Assembly (NCBI GenBank): GCA_051294375.1
Contig: CM119267.1
Coordinates: 26,272,042-26,336,041 of the forward strand
Origin: Paraspadella gotoi
Lineage: Eukaryota; Animalia; Chaetognatha
Length of the DNA stretch: 64,000 bases
Direction of reading: 5' to 3'
In this document: piece by piece, positions 35,254-46,322 of the stretch
Position numbering within the stretch: position 1 is the first letter of the stretch
How the letters are laid out: the number at the start of each line of letters is the position of its first letter
Program-made: the position numbers and the translations under genes
Notes under the pieces: generated by a model
Told to the model about the DNA's origin: nothing
The model's database searches: none
What the model saw: only the letters and a program-made list of their open reading frames with translations

Positions 35254-36477
35254 TCAGAAGGCCCTCTCCTGAAGGCCAGCGTTGAGAGATCTGGAAAAAG
35301 GTGCGGCGACGTCCGCAGCTGAGGAGCCGGAGGCAGAGGAGACATACGGCCTATCGCAACGAGTGAGCGGAGTTGGAGAACGAGAAACCGCGATGGAGTT
35401 TAGTGTAATGTTCGAAGACGCGCTGGTCATGTGCCCCGCTCGGAGGCCCAACGGCAGTGACCCATGACCTCCTCCTTTGAGGCGCCAAGCATGAGGAGTG
35501 TGATGGCACACCCAGCGCGGGAGCCGTGAGCGGTGAGGCCTGGAAGAGCGTCGTCCGGGAGATAGACGCGAAGACGTCTTGTAGCGTTGTTGGAAGAAAA
35601 CGGAGCGTCGAGGACGGCGTCGTGCCGTGGGGACTTGGTCGGCCGAAACAGGAAAGAGTTGACCACGTCGAGGCCATTAGAAGCGCAGAGCGAGACGTAA
35701 CGGTCAAGAGCCAGAACCGGGCAAAGAAGAGGCTCGTCAGGGACGGCGGGAACGACGAGGAGGTCACCGTCGTTCTGGCGAATCGTCTTACCGAGAGTAT
35801 GATTAAAGAGCAAAGATCCACAATGGAGACGAGTGACCTCGCGGCCAATGGCGCGGCCAAGGTCACCTGCGCGGTCGCCGGCGAACCATTGGGAGGTGAA
35901 AAAGGCGAGATCGCGAAAGAGAACGAAGCGATCGGGGAGGAAGGGAGCGGAGGGAGGGAGAGTCGATACGACGCGAGATCTCGGACGCGAGAAGGCGAAG
36001 GTGGGTGGAGAAAATGGGTGGAGACTGACGAGGAGTAACGTGGGCTTTGCATTGCTCGACGGAGACGGCCTTGAGCCACTTAGAGACCAGAGGCGAGGCG
36101 CAGGGGTTAGAACGCGGATTGGCGGGAGAGAAGGCGTCAACGCGGCCGATGGAATTGAAGGCCGCCCTGAGCTTGCCAATGATAGAGTCGACAGTGCCAG
36201 CGGCGAGACGAAAGGGGCAGAGACAGGGGTGAGAGCCGTGAAGGCCAACGAAGGGACATCCGAGAGCGTGGACTTGGGTGCGACCCCGAGAATCCCTGAA
36301 GTGCAGGAAACGGCAGACGTCGTCGGGGGTCGCAGTAGTGAGAGAACGCGGAGGAAGACGCGGGGAGGCGTGAAGCAGAAATGCCTCGAAATCAGATACG
36401 AGCTTCGACTTCTGCTTCTCGTAAGAAGTGAGATCGATGTGTGAAAAAAGTTCCGATTTACGCGTGAGAAAATTATC
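35254..36477 (-). CDS. ALOG-domain tyrosine recombinase, with frameshifts at ~35945 and ~35430
   Basis: Unlisted frame from 36477: ...SYEKQKSKLVSDFEAFL...TPDDVCRFLHFRDSRGRTQVHALGCPFVGLHGSHPCLCPFRLAAGTVDSIIGKLRAAF...NPCASPLVSKWLKAVSVEQ; then the YR core GDRAGDL, GKT, LCPV, FLFRP, HGSRAG, GHCRWAS, HYTKL. Confidence 0.88.
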
Positions 36478-36498
36478 CTGAAACGAAACGAAGAGACA

Positions 36499-39290
36499 TT
36501 AAACGCGAGGTAAAACACCAAAAGACGAGCGAAGAACAGAAAGAAGATGGCGAGAGAGCTTGGTAAGCCCAGACGCATTAAGATGTACATCATCCTTAAG
36601 GTCGGCGAATTTAATGTGTTCATTCGAAACAAAAGTCCAATCAGGGCGAGCACAGAGAGCCCGCAGCGAGTCGTTCCCAAGTGCAATCCTGCGATTGATG
36701 GGAGAGGAACGAGACTGACAGATCCCGGAGAGGAGGATCCGATGCGCGACCTGGAAAGAGGTCAAAGCCTGAGACAGATAACAGCAAGAAGAAGGGAAGA
36801 GAGAGCGGAAAGAAACGTCGTCAAGGCGAGAGGCGTCGTTGACACCAGCATGGAGAACAAGACCGTCGAAGGAGAAGTCGCGTGAGACCTTCAAAGCCTT
36901 GAGGACGACATCTCTGAGAGTGCCGCCAGAGATGCAGAAGAGAGAAAACTGAAAGGGCGAAGGCCAGCGCAGAGAAAGGAGGGGTCGAAACACAGAATCG
37001 GAGACGAGGAGAATCCTCACGACGGGAGGCGGTAAAGACTGAGGGACGCGAGAAGGAGGGAAGCGGCAGGAAACGGCGAGAAGCCCGAAGGGGAGAGGGA
37101 GGCGATTGGAGGCGAAGCCGGAGGAAGAAGGAAAGTCGAGAACGCCAAGATCGGAGGGAGAAGAGAGAAGCTTTTGATCGGAGATGAAAGGGCGCAAAAG
37201 TGAGTGCCAGGCTGGGCGACGAGAGAAAAGCGGTAGGACAAGGACGGCGTGGCAGGAGCCCCATTCAAGCAGAAGCCGGATCAAAGGAGGAATCATCACG
37301 AAAGGAGGAAAAGCGTAAAGAGTCCCGGCAGGACAGGACTGGGAGAAGACGTTAACACCCTTGGCCCCAGGAGAAGGGTGCGGGGAGAAGAAGGGAATGG
37401 GCGAACCGTGCGGATCGCAGAAGGCATTCGAAGGGAGAGCCATGAGATCGACAGAGAAAGGGCCAAAGAAAGACCAAATGCGGAGACGAAGACCCGAAGA
37501 GAGACGGGCGTCGGAGCGCTGAAGAGCGCGCGAAGGGGCATCGGCAGGGTTGGAGTAGGTAGGAACCCAAAGAAGGGCGAGAAGGGCATTGTGCTCAAGG
37601 CAAAGAAGAAAAAGATCCTTGAGGACCGCTGTGAGCTCAAGGGATCTAGAGCGAAGACCAGACCAGGCGTGGTAGAGAGCCTGATTGTCGACAGAGACGT
37701 CGACGCGACGATTGGCAATCGACGCGGAAATAGCCTGAAGGGCGTAAAACACGGCGGTGGCTTCCTTGACGCTGATGTCGGCGGTAATAAGAGAGTCGGA
37801 CCAATAATCGCGAAGCACCAACGGACCAGAAGGTGAGGCAACCTCCGCACCCCAAGCGTGACCAGAAGCGTCAGTATAAAGACGAAGACTGAGATGCTGA
37901 TGCCGGCGAAAAGGGATAGGATCAGAGCAAGAGTCCACAAACGACCAGAAAGAAATCTCGTCCAAGACGAGCGGAGTAAGCGGAGAGGGAACCTCGGACA
38001 GAGAAGGGATGAGAGAACGGCACTGAAGAGTGAACAGAGAGGAAGCCGGAAAAACAAGGCGAAGGTGGTTGCATTTCCCGATGAAAGACTGAATGTCGTG
38101 GAGGGAAGCAAGACGCGAAGAGAGCAAGCGTTCGCGAAGAGTGCCGAACTTAAGCTTGAGCTTGTCGGGAAGAAAGAAAGCAGAGGAGGCGCTGTCAATG
38201 CCGAAGCCAAGGTGAACTAGGCGTTGAACGGGGGAGATCTGGCTCTTGGAGGGAGAGATAAAGTAACCGAGCAGGTACGCCGTATGGAGAAGACAGTAAG
38301 AGGCCCGTTCCGCCTGATGGAGATGATCGTCCTGTAGGGCAAAGGAAGGAGAAGGCGAGAAAATAAAAGGGAAAGTTAAAGTTTAGGGGCGAGGCCCAAA
38401 AAGCGATCGTCTATCCAGAGCTCAGTGTGGACGCCGCGGTCTCTGAGCCAGTCCGAAAGGACTTCACCGATGGTCGTATAAACATAAGCCGCGTTCTTCC
38501 AACCGAAGGGGAGGGTGGTGTCGCAGAACCACCAACCAGCCCATTCAAAACCGCAGAAAGTGTAGGAGGCGGGAGAGAGGGCGACGTGCTTGTAGCCCTG
38601 AACGTCGTCAAAGGAAGAAAAGAAAGATCCGTCGGGAATAGAGCGGACTATGTCAGAGAGAGGCGTAAGAGAAAAGGGGGTATCACGGCAGAAGAGGTTA
38701 ACTGCCCGCATCGAGTTGATGAGACGAGGCTTGGAAGGCTCAACAGAGAGAGCATTCACGACCCTCGGAGGGGGGTCAGAGTCGACTCGGCCTAGGCAGA
38801 GAATACTGCCCTCACGGAGGCGTTGGGTGATGGTGTCGGAAATAAAGTCCTGGAACTCCCAGCAAATGGGAGCGTTCTGGAAGTACATGTGCGGGGGAGT
38901 GACGGAGTCGAAAGAGCGGCCGTTGAACGTTCCCGTATAATGCGAGAAAAAGGACGGAATGTGCACACCATCGCGGAGCCATGGGCGAACGACCTTATAA
39001 CGAGGAATGTCCTTCATGAGGGACTCCCAAGCATCGAAATTCCGCTTGAGGTTGCCGCAAACGAAAGATTGAGGGTTGCGGAGGCGAAGAAGATCGAAAC
39101 GGGGAGGAAGACGACCGGCGAGGACGTCGGACGGCGAAGGGAGAGCGTTGTAGTCGGGAGCGGAGGCGGGAGAGCCGAGAAGGTCGACCCAAGACACAGA
39201 GGTAGAGGAAGGGCGAACGATAGAAGGATTGAATGAAGGCACGGAGATAAGCGAACGAGCGGCACGACGACGAAGGTACCGAGCGAAGTC
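36499..39290 (-). CDS. Pol: reverse transcriptase, RNase H, DIRS-type adenine methyltransferase-like domain and SGNH hydrolase; one frame break at ~38380
   Basis: RT: SKPRLI, SFDDVQGYKHV, TLPFGW, WIDDR, LGYFISPSKS, HLGFGIDS; RH: LYTDAS, KEA, VDNQA, NPADAPSR; MT: SVDLMA..SNA, YAFPPF; SGNH: LLVSDS, ISGG, HAGVND, DDVHLN. Confidence 0.88.
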
Positions 39291-39863
39291 CTAAAGAGAA
39301 GCGGATAAAGAGGTGAAAGCGAAGTTGGAGACACGTTGAAGCAAGAGCAAGCAAAGATGCCGAAACAGGCGGGGCTCCACCGCACCCGGTGCGGGAGCGA
39401 CGTCGAGCCAAAATCCACCAGAGTTGTGGGACAACTCCTGGAAAGGCTAAAGCGCTGCATCCAATGCAGGTGAGGGATCCGGACATGAACCAACCAGTCG
39501 TAGAACGAATCTGGGCGATGGAGTCCACACTCCAAGAGAGCTGAGGTTGTAGAACAAGCGACAGCTCTCCGCTGTTATGGTTCAGTCCGATCGACACAGG
39601 GCTCAACGAGGGCCAAACACAGTCGGAAGCCGACGCGTTGCTAGGCCGGAGCCGCGAAAGAACAAATCAAAAGGGGGGGGACCCTACATGACAATCATGC
39701 GAACGGATCATACGCATAGTTGAACCGACAGAACACTCACCGTAGATCCAATAGCGATGGAAGGCGCGACGAGAGTGATCTGGAAACAAGAAGCCGACAT
39801 CTATCACAGATCGGCGCATGAAACACTGACAGTTCGATAAAAGAAAAATAAAAGGGTAAAACA

Positions 39864-41200
39864 TTAAGTCTTGGAGTCTGGACAGTCGCGGGCCATGTGG
39901 CCAGCTTTCAGGCACTTAAAGCACTTGTCCGACGAACTAAACGTTTTCTTCGAGGGTGAGGAGCGTTGAGAACTGCGAGACCCGTAAGAGTAGTAACGAC
40001 CGCGGGAATATGAGTTGCGGCCATTGTTAGAGAAAGAACGACCCCTGGAGGAGTCCTTCTGAAGAAGAAATCTATCCACGCGGCGAGCGAGGTCGGAATT
40101 GGCGCGGCCCGTCATTTCGGCATAAATCAGGGCGGCAACGCCAGGCTTACGAGCATCGACATGAGCCTTGCAGGCATCAAGAACAACGTCGAGGTTGGAG
40201 CGGAAATTGCGGGCCTCAACCCTTCGAGTCGAAGCCATGGACTTCGAGGAAGCCATCTTGCGTAGCTGGGACATGTAGTCGAAAATAACGTCGTAGAAGC
40301 ACGGAAGGGGCCGGGATTCATCAGCCATGCGGCGCTTACATAGCTCGATAAGCTTGGTCCGAACATCCTTCATGCTCTGGAAAGACACAAAGCGTTAGGG
40401 AGGGGAAGAACCCGACCTGGGAACCCAAGAGAGGAAGAAAGGAGACTAAGAGAAGAGATAACGTAATAAACAACATAAAAAGGGCTGACCTCGGTGGCGA
40501 TCTTGTTGAAGGACTGGGACAGACACTGACGGTTGGCTGACTTGGAAGTGGAAGTAGAGGCAGAATCTTCAGCGGGAGCGTCGGTCTTGTCGTCATCAGC
40601 ATCGCTGAGGTCCGAATCGGAGACATCCTCATACTGGACCAGCTTGACGGGTTCAGGAGTGGCGGGCACGTCAGAGTTGGAAGACGTGGAAGGAAGGACA
40701 TCGCCGGACGCAGACTTGGAAGACGAACTCTTGGAAGTGGACTTGCTGGACGAGGATCTCGAAGACGACTTGGACGAAGAAGGCGGGACAGAGGATTCCC
40801 TGGAGCGCTTGGAAGAAGACGAAGACGGGGAAGAGGAGCGCTTGGATTGAATGGCCGACATGAAATCGTCGCGAAGCAGGCGGCGAAAAACGGACTTGAC
40901 CCTGAGAAACTCCAGTCTGCTAGTGACGGTAGTGGACTTGGAACTGCCAACAAAGAGAGCCTGGATGAGAGCGAAGGCTTCACGGCCGTCTTCAGAATCG
41001 GCACCGATGAGACGAAAGTCCTGGAGAGAACACACGCCGTTGGAGGTGAGCTTGGTAACGGAAGCGGGTTGAAGGCCGTAATGAACACAGACGCTCTGAA
41101 CACGGCGATCAAGACGGCAGTCGGAGCCGTAAGGGTTGAGGCCATCGGCGAGAGGAGAGACGGCACCATCGGGAGAATCGGCAGGAGAAACATCCGGCAT
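39864..41200 (-). CDS. Gag-like protein, two exons (41200-40490, 40376-39864); Ser-rich N-half, C-terminal CCHC zinc knuckle
   Basis: ATG at 41200 (MPDVSPADSP...); a 113-nt GT-AG intron 40489-40377 joins ...KIATE|SMKDVR... in phase 0; ends with CFKCLKAGHMARDC. Confidence 0.75.
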
Positions 41201-41459
41201 GATGTAAAGGAGGCCGAATATAATGTCGATAAAAACTGGAAAAATATAAACCTGGGAAAGGAAAACAAACAAAAAACGGAAAAAGGGCGAAAAAGAAGGG
41301 AGAAAAGGGACGAAGGGGAGAGGGGGACACAGGGATGAATGTCCAAACGGAGTCCTGAGGGAGCGAGTGCGACAACGAGTAAAGGAGTCAACCGTGAGAC
41401 GGGATGATTTCACTCACCGGGTGAGACAGCGAGGAGGTCCTGAGGGGGGAAAATAGCGA

Positions 41460-44400
41460 GATGTTAACAGTGATACTGTGATTACCGTGGTACTCTGATG
41501 TTTTGAAAATAAGCGTTAGAGGGGAATGGAATGAAATGGATGAAGGGAATGTACCAGCATCACAGAATCTCTGTATCACAGCCTCAAAACGTTGAACTTC
41601 GATCGAAAGTTGTCCCTGGGATCCTTTTAACTTGAATATAAACGCCATACGACTTAAATGTACCTCGACTTACGCTCGGTTTTCATGGTGAACGGCTAGA
41701 ATCATCTTCGTTCAACCGTGTGCCCAGGGTTCAAGGTACCCCAAATATTCCGGTTCTGGCAAAATGATTTGAAACATGCCAAAGTGACAGTTGACAGCAA
41801 GGGTCCGGAGCCCTGGCCAAACAGTGTGATACCCCTGCGCGGTATGCAAGGCAAACCCACCGTTTGCCCACTCAAATATTGTTAATAGAAATGATTAGGG
41901 CGAGTGTTTGATTCATTGATGATTATTCCTTAAAATTGAAGCGTGGTTTAGGCGTTCATTAGTCACGCGGATTAAAGGTAAAACTATCTACTACGTGAAT
42001 ATGCTTGAAATCATGTGTATAATATTCTTGATTCATGCCAAAATGAAAAATACGGCCCAAGTAACGAAGTTTTATTCCAAAACTGGAAAATCGAAAACTA
42101 GGTCGTAAACGAGTCGCGTTGTCTTTCAAGGAGATATTTCGCAGATTAAACCTCCCCGCCGGTTTGAAATCTGCGATCCTGATAGTCGTCCCACCCGTTA
42201 GGAGATTGCCCAGCGGTTCCCGTGATAGTGATGCCATCGACGGTGGCATCGCACTCTTCGATGTTGGAATCCCGGCCGAACCGATGGGGCGGGTCGAGTC
42301 CTGGAAGTTTGTACGTTGGTGTGCGCCGCAAAAATGATCTGTTTCGAAATCGGCGAGATACCGCGGAGTGAGACTTAAATCATTTGCTGTCGAATCCGAT
42401 GTTGAAGATTAAGAAATATTTGCCAATGTTTCTCTCCATTAACTCTCCAAAAATGGGCGAAGAAAATTAAAGTTGATCGATGATTGTTTTCTCTTAAAAG
42501 CAAAGGTAAGGTATAGGACTTACTACGTTTTCTGTTAGTTCACCTGTGCCGGCTTTCCGCATTTGGCACGACCCACCACCGCAGCTTCGAGTTGTCGTAA
42601 GCCAGGCTATCTCTCGAACCAGGCGTCCTCTTCCACTTTGAAACCGAATGATCGACCAAGTAGCCCCCCAAATGCCCCTCGGCAACCCGCGCTTTCGCTG
42701 GCCCAGTTTCCGCGTTCAAACCGTGGTAGGTGTAGTTTCCCGAAGCCCTGAGATAAACGGAGAAAAAAAGATTCGCAATCTCTCCAGAAATATAAAAGAA
42801 AAAAATAGCTTTAGTAATATAGAATTTTTTTTAACATGGCTCAAATTGAACTTATTTTCACTAAATAATAAATATGAAACAAATATTATATAACGCAATC
42901 GACTGCTGTCCTCCATAATTGTCAATTTTGAAATTTTCGACAGATTTTGTCTGCTTTAAATTTGGATTGGTTTTGTCTTGTTTTTTCTTTTCTCTATCTT
43001 TCTTAGGTCTTTCTCCTTCATGAATATTCAAAACCTTCAGTGAAATCCACGGCGCAGGTGTAACCGTGTCGCCCAGCGTGGCGGAATCGGGTGGAACAAG
43101 CTGCAGCTAAATCCTCCGCGGGAATTGTGACATATGCCGTGAGCGCTGCAGTTGTTGAGGGTGATATCGGCGCATTCATTAACATGCGTTCGGCAAACAC
43201 TTCGTCGGCCCCTGGAACCCCGTTTGCAGTGCAAGGCGTACGAGCCCCGCTGTTGCTGCAAGTCGCGTCGGCGCTACATATGTTCGTCTGCAGGAAATGT
43301 ATTTTCACTGAAAAAGAGTCATTCGTCCAAAACGATAATTACGGAAGAATAAAAAAATAACCTTGATTCGTCGATGTCGTCGACTGCACGATTTACCGTC
43401 ACCTTCGTATCCGCACAACGCAAGCGCAAGGAGTAGTCCGCACAGCGGTAGTTGCTGCACATTCGCATTCACGTCGCAAGTGAGGTTTCCTTTGGCCATT
43501 AGAATCGCCAATAAGTTATTCGAACGTCACAGAATCATGCTGACAAACAATTCGTTGAGGTGAAACAATCATTATTGGAATCAAACCAAAGTTTTGCGCA
43601 TTCGTCGATGTCGGTGCACACGGTATCCGTCTCCTCTAAATCCTGGTTTGCACCTAAGAATCAAAAATATTGATCAATTTTATTTAAGCTAATTTTAAAT
43701 CAATTGGATTTTATATCGATTTCACGAAACCGATCACTTAATATTGAATTAAAAACACAGTTTGATTCAAAAACGATCGCGAAGATTGCGTAAATACGTG
43801 ATCGCCTCCTAAAAAAAAAAACGCCAATTGTTTTCTTAATCTCTAGCAAATGTCTCACTTGCAAGTGTAACTTGCCGACACTGTTGGTGCAGAAGGCGTC
43901 TGCGTTGACATTCGTTGATTTTGACGCCGTGCATTCGTCGACATCTGTACAGAAGCTGCGATCCGCACCTTTCCGTACCCTTGGCGACAGATGCTTGGAA
44001 AGAACCTGAGGGACTAACTTATAAATGAGTATTTGAGCGTTTAGCGTTTGAGCATTTAGAATATTTGAGAATTTTCATCCCGACCCTGGACTGTTGCTGG
44101 CAGTCGGCCAGGTTGTGGCAAGGGATTGGACGACACTCGTTGACATCGGTCCCGCAATTTGCGGCTTGCCCGTCCCCGCTGAATCCGGCGTTGCCACACG
44201 CACGGTAATGAACCCTCGTTGTTGAGCCGCAGTTGGCGTGTGGGGGTGGGTGGGGGGGGGGGTGGTGAAAACACTCGGAGGGAATGCTCCCGCGCATGTC
44301 GTTTATGTCCTGGATTGATGTGGAGAATTAACTTCTGACTTCTAGATTGTTATCTCGCACGGTAGCCTTGTTTCTCCATGGCGACGAACCTTGACAAGTC

Positions 44401-46118
44401 TTTCACCCGTCTCCGTGGTAACATGTTTGCAAGCAGGCGTATCCCCTTGCTAGTGCCCACAGCAGTCCGAGTATCTTGTCGCAGTGATCGCTCCAACGGA
44501 TTCGCGCAATTGATCTCTGTTACACAAATCAATACATGTTTTATATCCCTCCTTTTATCCTATTCAACATTCCTAAAAATTTAAGTAATTTTTATTAATT
44601 ACCATCCATTTACCGTAATTCATTTTTTCCTCTTTAAATAATTCGATCATCAACTACTTTCCGAGAGGGCCGTGTCCATCGCCTGAGCGCGTTCTTGAAA
44701 CGGAAGTCATCGACGTGTTTGAGCTTGCTTTTGATCCCGAGCCATGTTGGCTGATGATTTCCCTCAACGTCGTTTCGATCGCGAACACGTTGACGGGTGA
44801 TCTATAGTCAGAGAGTCCCAAAAGTTGGCGCGTGAGATGTTTTGCTCGTGATAATTAATTTCGTAAACTCTCCTCCGAACAAGCTTAATAAATCGAACAA
44901 TCAACGCTGACCACTGAGCAAAACGAAAAGTCCCATCAAAACCAATTCGAAACATTCTAACCTTCTTCTACCAAAAATATGCCACCCCTCACATCACACC
45001 TTACCTCACTCTCGCTCATTCTCTAACTACCCGCCGTCCTCGACCTCGACTCACCGCTCCACGTCAGAGACGACGTTCCTAATTCCGCTTGAAAGTTTTC
45101 GGCTTCTCGAGGGCGATGGTTATCCTGCACGCCGAGCCGAAAGGATGTTCCGTTCAGCTCCCCGTCCAGCAAACTTGAGTCGCGCATCTTTCCGGTCGTC
45201 TCCAGTCGTAGTTCCATCGCCAAAGCATTCTTCGATCTTTGCAGCTCATTCAGGCGTCCAGTGTTGTGGTGCCTACCGTGGCGGCAGGAATTTCGAATAG
45301 ATCGTATCTCCTCTTATTCGTGTGTATGATAAGGGTAATTATATAATGTTAATAATAGACAGTAAATTAATAAAAGATAGAAATATAAGAGCTTCTCACT
45401 TGTCTGACGATCGGGGCCGCTGCCTTTCGACGACCGTGTGTGCGTTGTCATCAAGCCTCTTTGCATCGGCCTCGGGCAACATCGATCGACGTCTTGATCC
45501 TCTCTCGTGCGTCGGATTCGAGTCTCGTGTGCGAGAGAACGAAACTCCATGAACTTCTCCGTGTGGACTGAGACGAGATGCGTGAGGGAGTCGAGTTGGG
45601 CGTTGAGGTCACTCTGTCCCTGAAAATTGGAATCATAATTTAATAATATTAATAATTGTAATAAATTAATAATTGGTCATCGATTATCCACCTTTCGTTT
45701 AAGCTTTCGCTTTCGTTTTCATTCAATGACTCACTCTGTGCAAATTTAGATTCGTTGGTTAAGTAGAGGATGAAGCAGAGAAAGAAGAAACCAACACCAG
45801 CGACCACTAAACCGCAGATTTGGGATTCTCGACAACTATAAAAACAAAAGGGAAATGTGATTGGTGTTTAGGGAGAGCAACACGCACAATTGGCGATGCT
45901 TGATCAAATTTAGAATAAAGGGAGAAAAACTATTGTAGATTGTCAATCTAACGTCACGCCCATAACACTTCTTTGTTCAGAATGAAAGCAACTGTTTGAA
46001 GCGGCGCGAACTGAAAAGCCGTTGGAATGAATAAGTTTTTTCATCAAAGGATCTTATTCGCTTTGTAATTCATTTTCGCTCCTCAATTTCATAATGTTTT
46101 TACTCGCAATCCCGGGAA

Positions 46119-46190
<72 letters not shown>

Positions 46191-46322
46191 AGAGACGGTT
46201 GTCGGGGAAAGAAAAAATTGCAGGACGTTCCACCTTCGATATTCTTCGTTTTCCGCTTTGTCAGAGGAGCTAGAAGACAAACTAGTTTTTCGAACTTCCT
46301 GTTTCGTGTCCGCTTCTTCCAT
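41460..46322 (-). pseudogene. Multi-exon gene for a probable type II membrane protein with Ca-binding EGF repeats, a C-type lectin-like and a CUB-like domain; frameshifted as assembled (pseudogene or low-quality consensus)
   Basis: Hydrophobic exon 'ICGLVVAGVGFFFLCFILYL' (~45740-45835); RIRRTR basic site (~45510); several DVNEC/DIDEC/DVDEC EGF units with G(F/Y)xGDG (43060-44310); CTL-like 'GGYL...WWV' and 'GWDD' (42140-42740); CUB-like 'RFCDAGTFPSSISFHSPLTLIFKTS' (~41490-41580). Start and exon limits are approximate. Confidence 0.6.
46121..46195. repeat. (GA)n microsatellite
   Basis: Direct reading. Confidence 0.95.

Larger units (their letters stand above)
34860..41453 (-). mobile_element. 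Tyrosine-recombinase retrotransposon (DIRS1/PAT-type, ALOG-domain class): gag, pol (RT-RH-MT-SGNH), ALOG-YR
   Basis: See the component ORFs; a ~45-bp segment at the 5' end (41405-41450) is directly repeated near the 3' end (35028-35070), as in split-direct-repeat elements. The 3' boundary is uncertain (noisy sequence). Confidence 0.92.

Noticed and set aside
35526-41338. Many long plus-strand ORFs over the YR element
   Set aside because: They are antisense shadows of a C/T-rich, stop-poor coding strand, with no recognisable domains.
41460-45840. Cubilin orthologue
   Set aside because: The EGF spacing is fibrillin/nidogen-like, and there is an N-terminal TM and a lectin-like segment, unlike cubilin.
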